A stretch of 64,000 nt of DNA from Nitrospirales bacterium (GTDB taxonomy: Bacteria > Nitrospirota > Nitrospiria > Nitrospirales > UBA8639): contig OY729426.1 of NCBI GenBank assembly GCA_963422365.1, positions 1,664,001-1,728,000 on the forward strand. Reading direction: 5' to 3'. Made by a program: the position numbers and the translations under genes. Positions 9,170 to 19,400 of the stretch are shown in pieces. The first letter of the stretch is position 1, and each line of letters starts with the position of its first letter. The notes under the pieces are model-generated. The model was not told the origin of the DNA and ran no database searches. It saw nothing but the letters and a program-made list of their open reading frames with translations.

Positions 9170-9346
9170 CGCTGTCGCCTGACCAAGCAACAGCTAGAGC
9201 GAATGCGTTGGGAGTTGGAAAAGGAACTCGAGCCTGAAGACAGCCTGATGATTGTGGGACTGTGTGGCTCGTATACGTCGAAGCTAATTGCGCGTAACAC
9301 CAAGATCGAGTGGGTCGAGGAAGAGCCTCGCTTTTGTGTGGTGTGA
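9170..9346 (+). pseudogene. cas2: 3' fragment of CRISPR-associated cas2 (type I-B/Myxan-like)
   Basis: RCRLTKQQLERMRWELEKELEPEDSLMIVGLC...RN..IEWVEEEPRFCVV* matches the Cas2 C-terminal half. The N-terminal YDI catalytic strand is absent. Confidence 0.75.
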
Positions 9347-9615
9347 ATTTTTTGGGAAAGATATAGAATTCATGCATCTCTGGGTGTTTCGAGCCATGCG
9401 CCATAAAAACGGCTAAGCACTCGTATTTTTTAAAGAAAAGAGAAATGAAGGAATAAAGGGATGCGTGAAATGAGAGAAAGTGTTGGAATATTCGTTGGTT
9501 GGATGGGAAGAGAGAGGAACATTTTGGCATTTTGTGAAGAAGCCCAATTGTGGGCAATGATTCCTTGCATAGAGTGTAAAAAAATCCAACAAAACCAGTC
9601 TCTTATTTATGGGCT
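9347..9615 (+). promoter_or_regulatory. AT-rich CRISPR leader
   Basis: Non-coding, markedly AT-rich ~270 bp between the cas2 stop and the repeat. Confidence 0.65.
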
Positions 9616-9651
9616 GTGATTACATATCAGATGCCGAAAGGCGTTGAGCAC
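9616..9651 (+). CRISPR. Single 36-bp CRISPR repeat, no array
   Basis: GTGATTACATATCAGATGCCGAAAGGCGTTGAGCAC has a GCC-GAAA-GGC hairpin and a GTTGAGCAC end typical of Myxan-type repeats. I found no second copy. Confidence 0.75.
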
Positions 9652-9798
9652 TTGAGATGGGTGCGGATTGAAAGGAGGAGGTGGATGACGGTACGGTAAA
9701 ACGTCGTGTTCAATGTGCAACTCTTCCAACACTCAAGAGATGGAGCCCGACTCCGCAACGTCTGCCATTCCTTCCTTTCAACGAAGAGACGGCAACGC

Positions 9799-10203
9799 TT
9801 AGTCCTCGGATGGACCTTTGAAGTGGAGTGACAGAGAATTGATGCAGAAACGTTGGCCTGTCGGTGTAGGGCCATCGTCAAAGACGTGACCCAGGTGTGC
9901 ATCGCAGCGACTGCAGGTGACTTCCACACGCGTCATCCCATAGCTATGGTCGGTTTTGGTATTCAGAGATTCTTCATTCGAGGGTTGAGTGAAACTCGGC
10001 CACCCCGTGCCGGATTCAAACTTGTTTTCTGAGAGGAACAGAGGGTTCTCACAACAAATGCAATGATACGTCCCTTTGGCTTTATGGTAGTCGTAGGTGC
10101 CACTGAAGGCCGGCTCGGTTCCGCGTTGGCGAGTCACGTAATATTGTTCTGGGGTGAGTTGTTGTTTCCATTCGTCATCGGATTTGTCAATTTTCTCAGT
10201 CAT
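9799..10203 (-). CDS. msrB: Peptide-methionine (R)-S-oxide reductase
   Basis: [33 protein letters not shown] and RFCINS motifs. Confidence 0.97.
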   Translation of the reverse strand: MTEKIDKSDDEWKQQLTPEQYYVTRQRGTEPAFSGTYDYHKAKGTYHCICCENPLFLSENKFESGTGWPSFTQPSNEESLNTKTDHSYGMTRVEVTCSRCDAHLGHVFDDGPTPTGQRFCINSLSLHFKGPSED

Positions 10204-10795
10204 GTCGAACTCTCTTGTCACCAGAAACAAGAAGGGCTTTTTTCTGCACGGCGTTCAGGATCACTCGATCATCCATGCCGGCGTTCCATACGGTGTTCAA
10301 GAATTCAGCCGGCTCCATATTCACACTCCGCAAAAACGGGCGGTCGGCTCCGCAGCCAAACATGACATCCGGTGAGAGTTCCCCGCGAAGCTTGGCGTGG
10401 GCCTTGGCGATAATGCGGGGGAGCCATCGATACCCACCCAACTCGGCATAACCTGATGGAAGGGTCGCCGAAGGGATCACCCTATGCGAGGGGGTTCCCT
10501 GTTGCACGGTCAGAAAGTAGGTGCGGCGGACTTCGGTCATGGCGGCAACAACATCGAAAGTCGGCTCGCCGTCTTCAACCCAGTCTTCAACGAAATCATA
10601 CAGTTCTTGGGCCGAGGTGCCGATCGAATCGAGCAAGGCCAAGGCTTCATGCCCAATGACCTTTTCAGGGCCTCGATCCCCCTGCTCAAACCGATGCACT
10701 GCCTGGTCATACATATCGCGAAGTTGGGAACGCCAGTCTTGCAAACCTTGGTCTTTTGTTATCGTCTTTTCCCTCATGTCTTCATTGTGTGGCAA
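10196..10795 (-). CDS. DUF5069 domain-containing protein
   Basis: [34 protein letters not shown] motif. Confidence 0.75.
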   Translation of the reverse strand: MPHNEDMREKTITKDQGLQDWRSQLRDMYDQAVHRFEQGDRGPEKVIGHEALALLDSIGTSAQELYDFVEDWVEDGEPTFDVVAAMTEVRRTYFLTVQQGTPSHRVIPSATLPSGYAELGGYRWLPRIIAKAHAKLRGELSPDVMFGCGADRPFLRSVNMEPAEFLNTVWNAGMDDRVILNAVQKKALLVSGDKRVRHD

Positions 10796-10849
10796 AGGAG
10801 AGGTATCGTCAAGCCTGTGGGATTGCGTCGGGCTTTTGCGAAAGAACGG

Positions 10850-12235
10850 TTAGTTGGTCTCGGAAGAAAGCGATGCGGCTAGCGGGTCGGCCGAGTTTGC
10901 AAGCCGATGAAGGGTAAGGTAAGCCATGGCTTCTTCGTGCACGGTGACTCCTTTCGCGAGGAGTTCGTGGTAGGCACGCGGTGTGAGCTTGCCTGCAATC
11001 CACAACTCAATGTTCTCGACTTGCTGGGCAGCGGATTCCCAGTGTGTGACGGTTTCTACCGCACTGGCGAGTTCATCTCTCCAAGGAAGATAGTCGAGAG
11101 GAAGTATGACGACTAACGTGTGATCCTGCGTCAATCCCATCAGCAACTTGTTTTCAATCGCCACAATTTCATGAAGCGGTCTCACGTTCTGGTGGTACGA
11201 GAGCAGCATCTCAGCCATTCGTTGGAAAAACAGGGCGTCCTCTTCAAACTCTGCCGACATGGCAACCTCAAAAAAAGCTTCTCGATTGTTGACGGTCTCC
11301 ATCTCGAGCAGTGCTTGGATCAGAATGGTCTCATGGCGAGGAGAGTACCACGGGTGAGTGAGAAATGCTTCGATGAGCGATGCATCGATGTTCATGGTCT
11401 TGAGTTTTCCCCGATTCAGTTGTCGAAGTTCTTCAGGCGCATAACCTTGTAGGAGTTCCCCAATGGAGGTACTGAACGATGTCCCGACCAGCACGGCGCC
11501 GGCCGGCCCGCTAATGGGAATAGTTGCGAGTCGAACGGCCATGTCCCCGGCATATCCCGCTAAACTTACGCTATCGAGCTTTTCCTGCAAGACCGGATTG
11601 GAGGAATACACATCCACGCCAAATTGATCCGCTATTTGTCGTTTGACGGTTGAAAGACCGATCAGTTCTTCGTTCTCGGTGTCTTCGAGTTGTCCTCGTT
11701 CCCCGGCCGTCATTTCTCCAATTCGTGTCACCATGCGCCACATGCCTTGGGGCAAGGCCAGAATGGTTTCGGTGGGTTTCGTGAGCAGGCCCAGCACGAA
11801 GTTAAAAGGGCTCAGAATCGCATGCTTCGCCCCTGCTGCCAGATTTTGGAGGTGATTCAGGTCTTTTCCCATTGCGACAATAGCTTGAATTTCCTGAATA
11901 CGGATCCTCAGCATGTCCGCGCCGTAGGCCTCAAACTGTCCATACGGTGAGGTGATCAGAAAACGATATGTGTATCGAAAGGGAAGCACCTCATCCAAGA
12001 CGGTATGGTGCTCTCCTTTCAGGTCTTCCGGAGAGAGTATGTCTCTTGCGTCAAGGATGGACGGGGTTTCATATTCGGTGGCCGTGATCGTCGGAGAATG
12101 GGTGAAAGGTGAGATGGCTGCGGTAAAATTCACACACAACAGTATCCAAAAAACTATGGCCACAAAAGTAAGGGACCATAGTCGCCCAGAATGTGTGTGC
12201 AGCGTAGAGGAAGTGGTATTCTCGTGTTTTCGCAT
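10850..12235 (-). CDS. Conserved hypothetical exported or membrane-anchored protein
   Basis: Long ORF with an N-terminal hydrophobic segment and KRQIADQFGVDVYSSNPVLQ. Start chosen at the ATG after AAAGGTG. Confidence 0.7.
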   Translation of the reverse strand: MRKHENTTSSTLHTHSGRLWSLTFVAIVFWILLCVNFTAAISPFTHSPTITATEYETPSILDARDILSPEDLKGEHHTVLDEVLPFRYTYRFLITSPYGQFEAYGADMLRIRIQEIQAIVAMGKDLNHLQNLAAGAKHAILSPFNFVLGLLTKPTETILALPQGMWRMVTRIGEMTAGERGQLEDTENEELIGLSTVKRQIADQFGVDVYSSNPVLQEKLDSVSLAGYAGDMAVRLATIPISGPAGAVLVGTSFSTSIGELLQGYAPEELRQLNRGKLKTMNIDASLIEAFLTHPWYSPRHETILIQALLEMETVNNREAFFEVAMSAEFEEDALFFQRMAEMLLSYHQNVRPLHEIVAIENKLLMGLTQDHTLVVILPLDYLPWRDELASAVETVTHWESAAQQVENIELWIAGKLTPRAYHELLAKGVTVHEEAMAYLTLHRLANSADPLAASLSSETN

Positions 12236-12392
12236 GGATGCACCTTTGAGTTGGACAAGTCGTTTCGCTTGCAAAGGCAATTAGTGCAACCTCCGTTCCA
12301 AATACTTGTCTCATGAGGGCGACACGCGATGATCGTGCTTTGACCGAGACGTGGATCCATATTTTTCTCTTGGGTCTGTGGACAAGGTAACT

Positions 12393-12415
12393 GGCCGCAT
12401 GAGATGCGGCCCTAC
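12393..12415 (-). repeat. GTAG-type REP element
   Basis: GTAG-GGCCGCAT-CTC-ATGCGGCC; near-identical copy at 46398-46420. Confidence 0.7.
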
Positions 12416-12497
12416 AGATCATGTGGGTCCGGAGTCTGGACAACAAAGAGGAGCAAGGCTCAGAACTCTGCTCCTCTGAACCAATGATCAACCGGAA

Positions 12498-12968
12498 TTA
12501 CGGCTTGATATAGATATACCCTTGTTGTTGGAGATCGGCAATGCGTTTCACGGCCACAGGATGTTCGGTAGGCTGAAATCCCGCTACGAGTTTTTCGAGC
12601 GGAGTCCCGAACAGTTTCATCGACACTTGGCAAATTTCAGCGTCGATTCCTTTGTCCAGGGCGGCTTTGAGTTTGGCTTTGAGTTGTGGATCGACGCTTT
12701 CCTCTTTGAAGAGTTTGAGGGCCGGGCCATGGACCACGAGCTTTACATCGATATTCTCCGGTCCACCTTCGGCTTCAATGTGTTTATTGATGAGTGCCAT
12801 CGCGTATTTGGCGGTCGCCAAGTCCTTCCCGTCGACATGATACAGCACCTTTATTTTCTCTTTGGCTATGGCGGGGGCGGCGTCCATGACAAGTCCGAAT
12901 CCCCCGGCGGCTAAAGCCAGGCTAACAACGAGAGCGCATAGGAGAGATGGTTGATGAGAGGCGAACAT
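12498..12968 (-). CDS. Exported DsrE family protein
   Basis: Signal peptide, KVLYHVD, VVHGPAL, EICQVSM and LQQQGYIYIKP; AAGGAGG RBS. Confidence 0.85.
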   Translation of the reverse strand: MFASHQPSLLCALVVSLALAAGGFGLVMDAAPAIAKEKIKVLYHVDGKDLATAKYAMALINKHIEAEGGPENIDVKLVVHGPALKLFKEESVDPQLKAKLKAALDKGIDAEICQVSMKLFGTPLEKLVAGFQPTEHPVAVKRIADLQQQGYIYIKP

Positions 12969-13119
12969 GAAGCCCTCCTTGGAGGAAATGGTGAACAAGC
13001 TCGAACTTTTCCTTGCATGTCCACAGTATCCCAGCTTTCAACAAGAAGAGGCAAGACAACAAACTCTTGCCCCCTGTGATGCTACCCGCTAAGCTTGCCG
13101 GACGATCCTGGAACGATTT

Positions 13120-14406
13120 ATGCCCTTCATTGCCGATCTTCATATTCATTCCCGCTATTCCCGTGCCGTCAGCAAAGACATGGTCCCGGAGAGTCTTTAT
13201 CGTTGGGCTCAACTCAAAGGGATTACCGTCGTCGGAACTGGAGACTTCACGCATCCTGGCTGGTTTACCGAACTCCAGGAGAAACTCGAACCGGCCGAAC
13301 AGGGCCTCTATCGTCTGAAGCCGGCATTCGCAGCTCAGGTGGATACCAAGGTGCCCGAGTCTTGCCGGGCTGAAGTCCGGTTCATGCTGACTTCCGAGAT
13401 CAGCAGTATTTATAAGCGCTATGAGCGTACACGCAAAGTGCACAATCTGATCTTCGCGCCAAGTTTCAGCGTCGTTGCGAACATGACGGACAAGCTGGCA
13501 CGCATTGGAAACCTCCATTCGGATGGCCGGCCCATCTTGGGATTGGACAGTGAGCAGTTGCTGCGCATTATGCTGGAGCGTGCTCCGGAGGCCTTGTTCG
13601 TTCCCGCTCATGCCTGGACGCCGCACTTTTCGGTGTTCGGGGCTAACTCGGGTTTTGACTCTTTGGAAGAATGTTTTGGAGAACTGAGTCCACATATCCA
13701 AGTGATTGAAACCGGACTTTCTTCGGACCCACCCATGAACTGGCGGCTGAGTCAGCTCGACGGCATGACCTTGATCTCGAACTCCGATGCCCATTCACCC
13801 AGCAAACTTGGCCGCGAAGCCAACGTGTTGAATAGCGCCTTGTCGTTCACCGGCATCAAAACGGCCTTTACGAGCTGCGATCCTGCCCTGTTCACGGGGA
13901 CGATCGAGTTTTTTCCTGAAGAAGGCAAGTACCATTATGACGGGCACCGAAACTGTCAAGTCCGTCTGTCCCCGGAGGAAGCCAGAACCCACAACAATGT
14001 CTGTCCGGAATGCGGAAAGCCCGTGACGCGCGGGGTCATGCATCGTGTCGAAGTGCTGGCCGATCAGCCGACCGGGCACCGTTCCCGTCATGCGTTGCCC
14101 TACTGGAGCCTGGTTCCACTTGTCGAATTGATTGCCGAGGTGTACGGGGCTGGAGTGAATACCAAAAAGGTGACCGAGTGCTACCAGCGAATGCTTGCGC
14201 GTTTAGGCAATGAATTGAAGATTCTGAGGGACGTGCCCATCTCGGATATCGAAGAGAATGGGGGAAGTCTCCTTGCCGTCTCAATCCAACGCATGCGCGC
14301 GGGCAACGTGGCCATTGCTCCGGGCTACGACGGGGAATACGGCACCGTTTCTTTGCTGTCTCAAGAAGATCGGCAATCTCATTCCTCTCAAATGCCGTTG
14401 TTCTAA
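13120..14406 (+). CDS. Endonuclease Q family protein (PHP domain plus Zn finger)
   Basis: ADLHIHSRYS, GTGDFTHP, PAHAWTP, ETGLSSD, SNSDAHS, GKYHYDGHRNC..CPECG and PGYDGEYG motifs. Confidence 0.9.
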   Translation: MPFIADLHIHSRYSRAVSKDMVPESLYRWAQLKGITVVGTGDFTHPGWFTELQEKLEPAEQGLYRLKPAFAAQVDTKVPESCRAEVRFMLTSEISSIYKRYERTRKVHNLIFAPSFSVVANMTDKLARIGNLHSDGRPILGLDSEQLLRIMLERAPEALFVPAHAWTPHFSVFGANSGFDSLEECFGELSPHIQVIETGLSSDPPMNWRLSQLDGMTLISNSDAHSPSKLGREANVLNSALSFTGIKTAFTSCDPALFTGTIEFFPEEGKYHYDGHRNCQVRLSPEEARTHNNVCPECGKPVTRGVMHRVEVLADQPTGHRSRHALPYWSLVPLVELIAEVYGAGVNTKKVTECYQRMLARLGNELKILRDVPISDIEENGGSLLAVSIQRMRAGNVAIAPGYDGEYGTVSLLSQEDRQSHSSQMPLF

Positions 14407-14450
14407 CGGGCTCTCTTGTGGCTGTTTTCCTTCTGAAGCTTGATGCCTCC

Positions 14451-16445
14451 ATGAACGTCGAGAACAACCCCTTGTTCGAGAATCTCAATGCCCAGCAGCG
14501 AGAAGCCGTGTTGGCAGGCGATGGGCCGGTGCTCGTTGTTGCGGGACCTGGTACCGGCAAGACCAAAACGCTGACGGTACGTCTCGCCTATTTGCTGACC
14601 GAGCAGCACGTTGCACCCGAGGCATTACTGGCCGTCACCTTTACCACTCGGGCTGCAAGAGCCATGCGTGAGCGGTTGGAACAGCTCGTCGGGGCTCTGG
14701 CGGACAGGGTGTTTCTGGGAACCTTCCATAGCTTTTGTTTCCAATTGTTGCGAGTGGAAGGACATCGGGTTGCCCTTCCGCAGGACTTCGGCGTGGCTGA
14801 TCGGCACGATCAGGTAACGATCATGCAGCGGGCCTTGCGGCAACTGAGACAGCCGGACAATCGAACCGCGACCCAACGGAGACTCCATGATGTGTCTGCG
14901 TTTCGAAATCAACAGGCTAACCCCAATGCGTCGGTGGACAACACAGGCTTGTCTGAAATTTCCGAAGCCTATCAACAACAATTGCGAAAATGTGACTTGC
15001 TGGATTTCGATGAACTGTTGCTCTTTGGCGTGCAGGTCTTCGAATGCTTTTCGGATGTTCGGAGCCGCATTCAACGGCAATTTTCCTATGTTTTGGTTGA
15101 TGAGTATCAAGACGTCAATCCGGTGCAGCAGCGACTGTTACGATTCCTGGTCGGTGATCAAAGCCACCTCTGGGCAGTGGGAGATGGCGACCAGGCGATC
15201 TACGCATTTCGAGGCGCAGAGTTGGAACACGTGGTACAGTTTGAGAAAAGTTATGCGAATGGGAGAGTCATAACGCTGGAACAGAGCTATCGGTTCACCC
15301 CGCAGATTGGGGCTGTTGCTTCACAAGTCATCCGGCAGAACGTTTCCAGACGTGCCTTCACCCTGAAAACGGCGAATGCCTCCGGGTTGCCGGTTCAGGT
15401 TGTGAGCTTTCCTGACGAGCAAGCCGAAGCTGCTTGGATCGTCAGACAGATCGAGGAATGCGTCGGTGGAACCAGCCATTATCAACATGACAAAGGGAAG
15501 GTGACCGATACCGTGAGTCGGCGAGAGCAAAGTTTTCGAGACTTTGCGGTGTTGTGCCGTCTTCATGCCCTGACGAAGCCTCTTCAGGAGGCTCTGAGAA
15601 ACTCGGGAATCCCGCATCGAGTGGTGGGGGAAACACGATTTTTCGATAAGAAAGTGGTCAAAGACGTGCTGGCGTACCTGCGGGTCATCCAGAATCCACA
15701 TGATGACAGCCCCTTCGCGCATATTCTCAATTGTCCGCCACGAGGAATCGGTAGGCAGATGCAAACGGTCCTTGAAGCCGAGGCCGAACGACACCGTCTC
15801 TCGCTGTATGCCACTCTGGGAAGATCCGGGATCCTCTCATCATCTCAAATGAGAGCGGCCAAGTCGTTGATCACGCTTATTGAAGACATGCAGCGCAACA
15901 GGGAAGAGAACCCCCTTTCACCATTCCTTGCGTATGTGGCGGAGGTCACAGGCCTTCGGCCCTGGCGGATAGAACAGGATCCACGTCATGAAAACGATTT
16001 GTTGCTGCTTCGCTCGATTGCTGCGAAATACGATGAGGTGAACACCACGTTGGCCCTTCAGCAATTTTTAGAAGAGGCGACCTTGGCCGTCGACGTCGAT
16101 GACTATGATGCCTCTGTCGACGCGGTGAGCCTGATGACCATCCATGCTGCCAAGGGATTGGAGTTTCCCGAAGTGATGATGTGCGGGGTCGAAGAGGGGA
16201 GCCTGCCATGCGAACATGGAGACCTTGAAGAAGAACGCCGGCTGTTTTATGTCGGCCTGACTCGCGCCAAAGAAAGAGCACATCTTCTCCATTGTCGCAC
16301 CCGTTGTGTGTTCGGGGATCGCCGTGACCGTGACGCCTCACGATTTCTCCTGGAATTTGATGAGAGCTTGAAAGAAACCATTGTGATCTCCAGCCGACCC
16401 CGACGGTCGAAACACGCACCGGAGCAACTTTCTTTATTAGAATGA
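14451..16445 (+). CDS. UvrD/PcrA/Rep family ATP-dependent DNA helicase
   Basis: LNAQQ, AGPGTGKT, DEYQD, VGDGDQAIYAFRGA, TIHAAKGLEF and EERRLFYVGLTRAK motifs. Confidence 0.93.
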   Translation: MNVENNPLFENLNAQQREAVLAGDGPVLVVAGPGTGKTKTLTVRLAYLLTEQHVAPEALLAVTFTTRAARAMRERLEQLVGALADRVFLGTFHSFCFQLLRVEGHRVALPQDFGVADRHDQVTIMQRALRQLRQPDNRTATQRRLHDVSAFRNQQANPNASVDNTGLSEISEAYQQQLRKCDLLDFDELLLFGVQVFECFSDVRSRIQRQFSYVLVDEYQDVNPVQQRLLRFLVGDQSHLWAVGDGDQAIYAFRGAELEHVVQFEKSYANGRVITLEQSYRFTPQIGAVASQVIRQNVSRRAFTLKTANASGLPVQVVSFPDEQAEAAWIVRQIEECVGGTSHYQHDKGKVTDTVSRREQSFRDFAVLCRLHALTKPLQEALRNSGIPHRVVGETRFFDKKVVKDVLAYLRVIQNPHDDSPFAHILNCPPRGIGRQMQTVLEAEAERHRLSLYATLGRSGILSSSQMRAAKSLITLIEDMQRNREENPLSPFLAYVAEVTGLRPWRIEQDPRHENDLLLLRSIAAKYDEVNTTLALQQFLEEATLAVDVDDYDASVDAVSLMTIHAAKGLEFPEVMMCGVEEGSLPCEHGDLEEERRLFYVGLTRAKERAHLLHCRTRCVFGDRRDRDASRFLLEFDESLKETIVISSRPRRSKHAPEQLSLLE

Positions 16446-16451
16446 GAGCTT

Positions 16452-19400
16452 GTGCATGGTGGACGAATTACAATGATCTTTTTTGGTGATACAATGATGT
16501 CGACGATGTTCCTCTCCTTGGCGAATCATTCAGTGAGCAACAACGAAAGTCATCGAAGCCGTTCTCCCCTCCGTGGACTTCTTCTTACCCAGTTCTTTGG
16601 GGCGTTCAATGACAATGCCTGGAAGTTGATGGTCGCGTTGTTGGCCATCAAGCAGTTGTCCTCGCACATGGGCGCAAGCCCAGAATTTCAAGCTGCTGCC
16701 CAAGCCCAAACAACTCTCACCTTTGTCGTCTTCACGTTGCCGCTTGCGCTTGTGTCCGTCGTAGCCGGCGTCTTTGCGGATCGGTTCAGCAAGCGTTCCG
16801 TTATTGTGGTCATGAAGGCCGTCGAAGTGGTGTTGATGGCCTTGGGAACTTGGGCGCTTTACAGCAATCCATCTGGGGGGATCCTCCCGCTTCTGGTGTT
16901 GGGTGGCATGGCGGTGCAAAGTGCGCTCTTTAGTCCGGCGAAGTATGGAATTTTGCCGGAGTTGCTTCCTCACGAACGGTTAGCGATTGGAAACGGGCAA
17001 CTCGAACTCTGGACCTTTTTGGCCATTATTGGCGGAACAGGGACGGGAGGAGTCCTGCTCCAACTATCGGGAACATCTCCTTGGTTGGCGGGCTTGGTGC
17101 TGTTTCTGTTTTCTCTTGCGGGGTTTGCCGCATCGTTCCTGATTCCGGCTGTTCCTCGAGCACGGACGGAAGGAGGAGTGGGTTCCACGCTTCGCGGAGC
17201 CTGGACAGCCGTGCAAGCGGACAGGGTATTACGATTTGGGATTGCAGGAAACGTCGCGTATTGGACCATTGCCAGTTTAGTGGGGCAGGATATATTGGTC
17301 TATGCCACGACGGTTCTGGGATTGTCCGACTCGTTATCCAGTTTGCCGTTGGCAACCTTTGGTATTGGAGTCGGCATCGGCTCGGTGTTGGCGGGAAAGC
17401 TTTCTCACGCCAAAGTTGAGGTGGGTCATATCCCGCTTGGCGCCATTGGATTAACCTTGGGTCTTTGCCTTCTTGGCATCGTGCGTCCTGGATTGATCGG
17501 GACGGTGTGCGGAATGGGATGGTTGGGAATATCCAGTGGGTTCATCGTGGTGCCGATTCATGCGCTCATTCAATGGCGTGCCCCTGAAGATCGACGTGGT
17601 GCGGTCATTGCGTTTAGTAACACCTTTGTATTTGGGGGTGTCCTGGTTGGGTCATTGGCTGCGTGGGGCCTGTCCTCTTTCGGTTTAAGCGCCAGCGGTA
17701 TTCTGGTTGTGTCGGGATTCGGCACGGCGGTCGGGACGGCCTGGTCCATGTGGATTCTGCCGGAAACGTTTATTCGCATGACGCTCTTTCTCTTCACGCA
17801 GACGATCTATCGTCTGCACGTCGTGGGACGGAGTCATGTGCCGGACCGTGGAGGCGCGGTATTGCTGCCGAATCATGTGTCGTTCGTGGATGGGTTGTTG
17901 CTGTTGGCGAGTGTCGATCGTCCCATTCGTTTTGTCGTTGATCGCCACTATTACGAGCATCCACTTTTTCATCGAGCGGCGCGCGTGATGGGTGCAATTC
18001 CTATTGCTTCCCAAGGATCTCCTCGGGAAATTCTTCATTCGCTTCGTGAAGCCGGCCGGCGAATAGACAACGGGGAATTGGTCTGTCTCTTTCCCGAAGG
18101 GCAGATTACCCGTACGGGAGGTCTCCTGTCGTTTCGCCAAGGATTCGAGCGAATCGTCAAGGGTCGGGGAATCCCCGTGATTCCCGTTCATCTCGATCGG
18201 ATCTGGGGCAGCATCTTCAGTTTTATTGGCGGAAAATTTCTGACGAAGTGTCCGGAACGCATTCCCTATCCCGTCACGATTTCTTATGGTGCGCCTATGC
18301 CGTCCACCGCCACGGCCACTGAAGTACGGCAGCGAGTTCAGGAATTGGGCGAAGAAGCTTGGCGCCATCGAAAATCCGATCGGCGGCCACTCCATCATTC
18401 CTTTATTCGTGCGGCTCGTCGCCATCCGCTGCGTGTTGCCTTTGCCGACGTGACTCGGCCCAAGGTCTCGTGTCTGGAATCGCTTGCCGGCGCCATTGCG
18501 TTGGCTCGAGCGCTTCGCCTGGACTGGACGAATCAGGACACCGTGGGCATCTTGTTGCCGCCCAGTGTTGGTGGGGCGTTGGTCAATCTTGCAGCCACGC
18601 TGTCGGGACGGACCGTCGTCAATCTCAATTACACAACCGGGCGAAGTGGAATCGAGTCGGTGGCGAAGCAAGCCGGCCTTGAAACGATCGTGACGAGTCG
18701 AGCGTTTCTTGAAAAGGCCAATCTTGCAATGCCTGAAAACATCAAGATCATTTGGATCGAAGAAGTTCGCAAGACGGTGAGGAGAGCCGAACGGGTGACG
18801 GCATTGGCTCTGGCACTCTTTGGGCCCATCGGAATGGTGGAACGGGGTGTGGGTGCGATCCGTCGTCCGCAGATGGATGATCTCGCGGCGATTATTTTCA
18901 GCAGCGGCAGTACGGGAGAGCCGAAGGGGGTGATGCTCAGTCACTTCAACATTGATTCCAATGTCGAGGGGGTGGCGCAGGTCTTCCACGTCGAACCAAG
19001 CGACCGTGTGCTGGGAATCCTGCCGTTCTTTCATTCTTTTGGATATCTGGCGACGCTTTGGCTGGCCGTCAACCATGGTGTGGGTGTGGTGTATCATCCC
19101 ACGCCGTTGGATGCGGGAGTTCTCGGCGAGCTCATTGAAAAAAAGCGGGTGACGATTCTTATCGTGACGCCGACTTTTCTCCAAGTGTATTGGCGGCGGT
19201 GCATGCCGGACCAATTCGGGTCGGTTCGCGTCATCCTGACCGGGGCTGAGAAATTGTCGGAACGCCTTGCCGATGCATTTGAGGAAAAGTTTGGTATTCG
19301 TCCCATCGAAGGGTACGGGGTGACGGAATGTTCTCCCGTGATTTCCGTGAATTGTCCGGACTTTCGTGCGGCAGGATTTTACCAGTCTGCCTCGCGTCGT

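Noticed and set aside
8338..9346. Plus-strand ORFs of 205-299 aa, including an apparently 212-aa Cas2
   Set aside because: These are GC-rich shadow frames over the MuF relic; only the last ~58 codons are Cas2-like.
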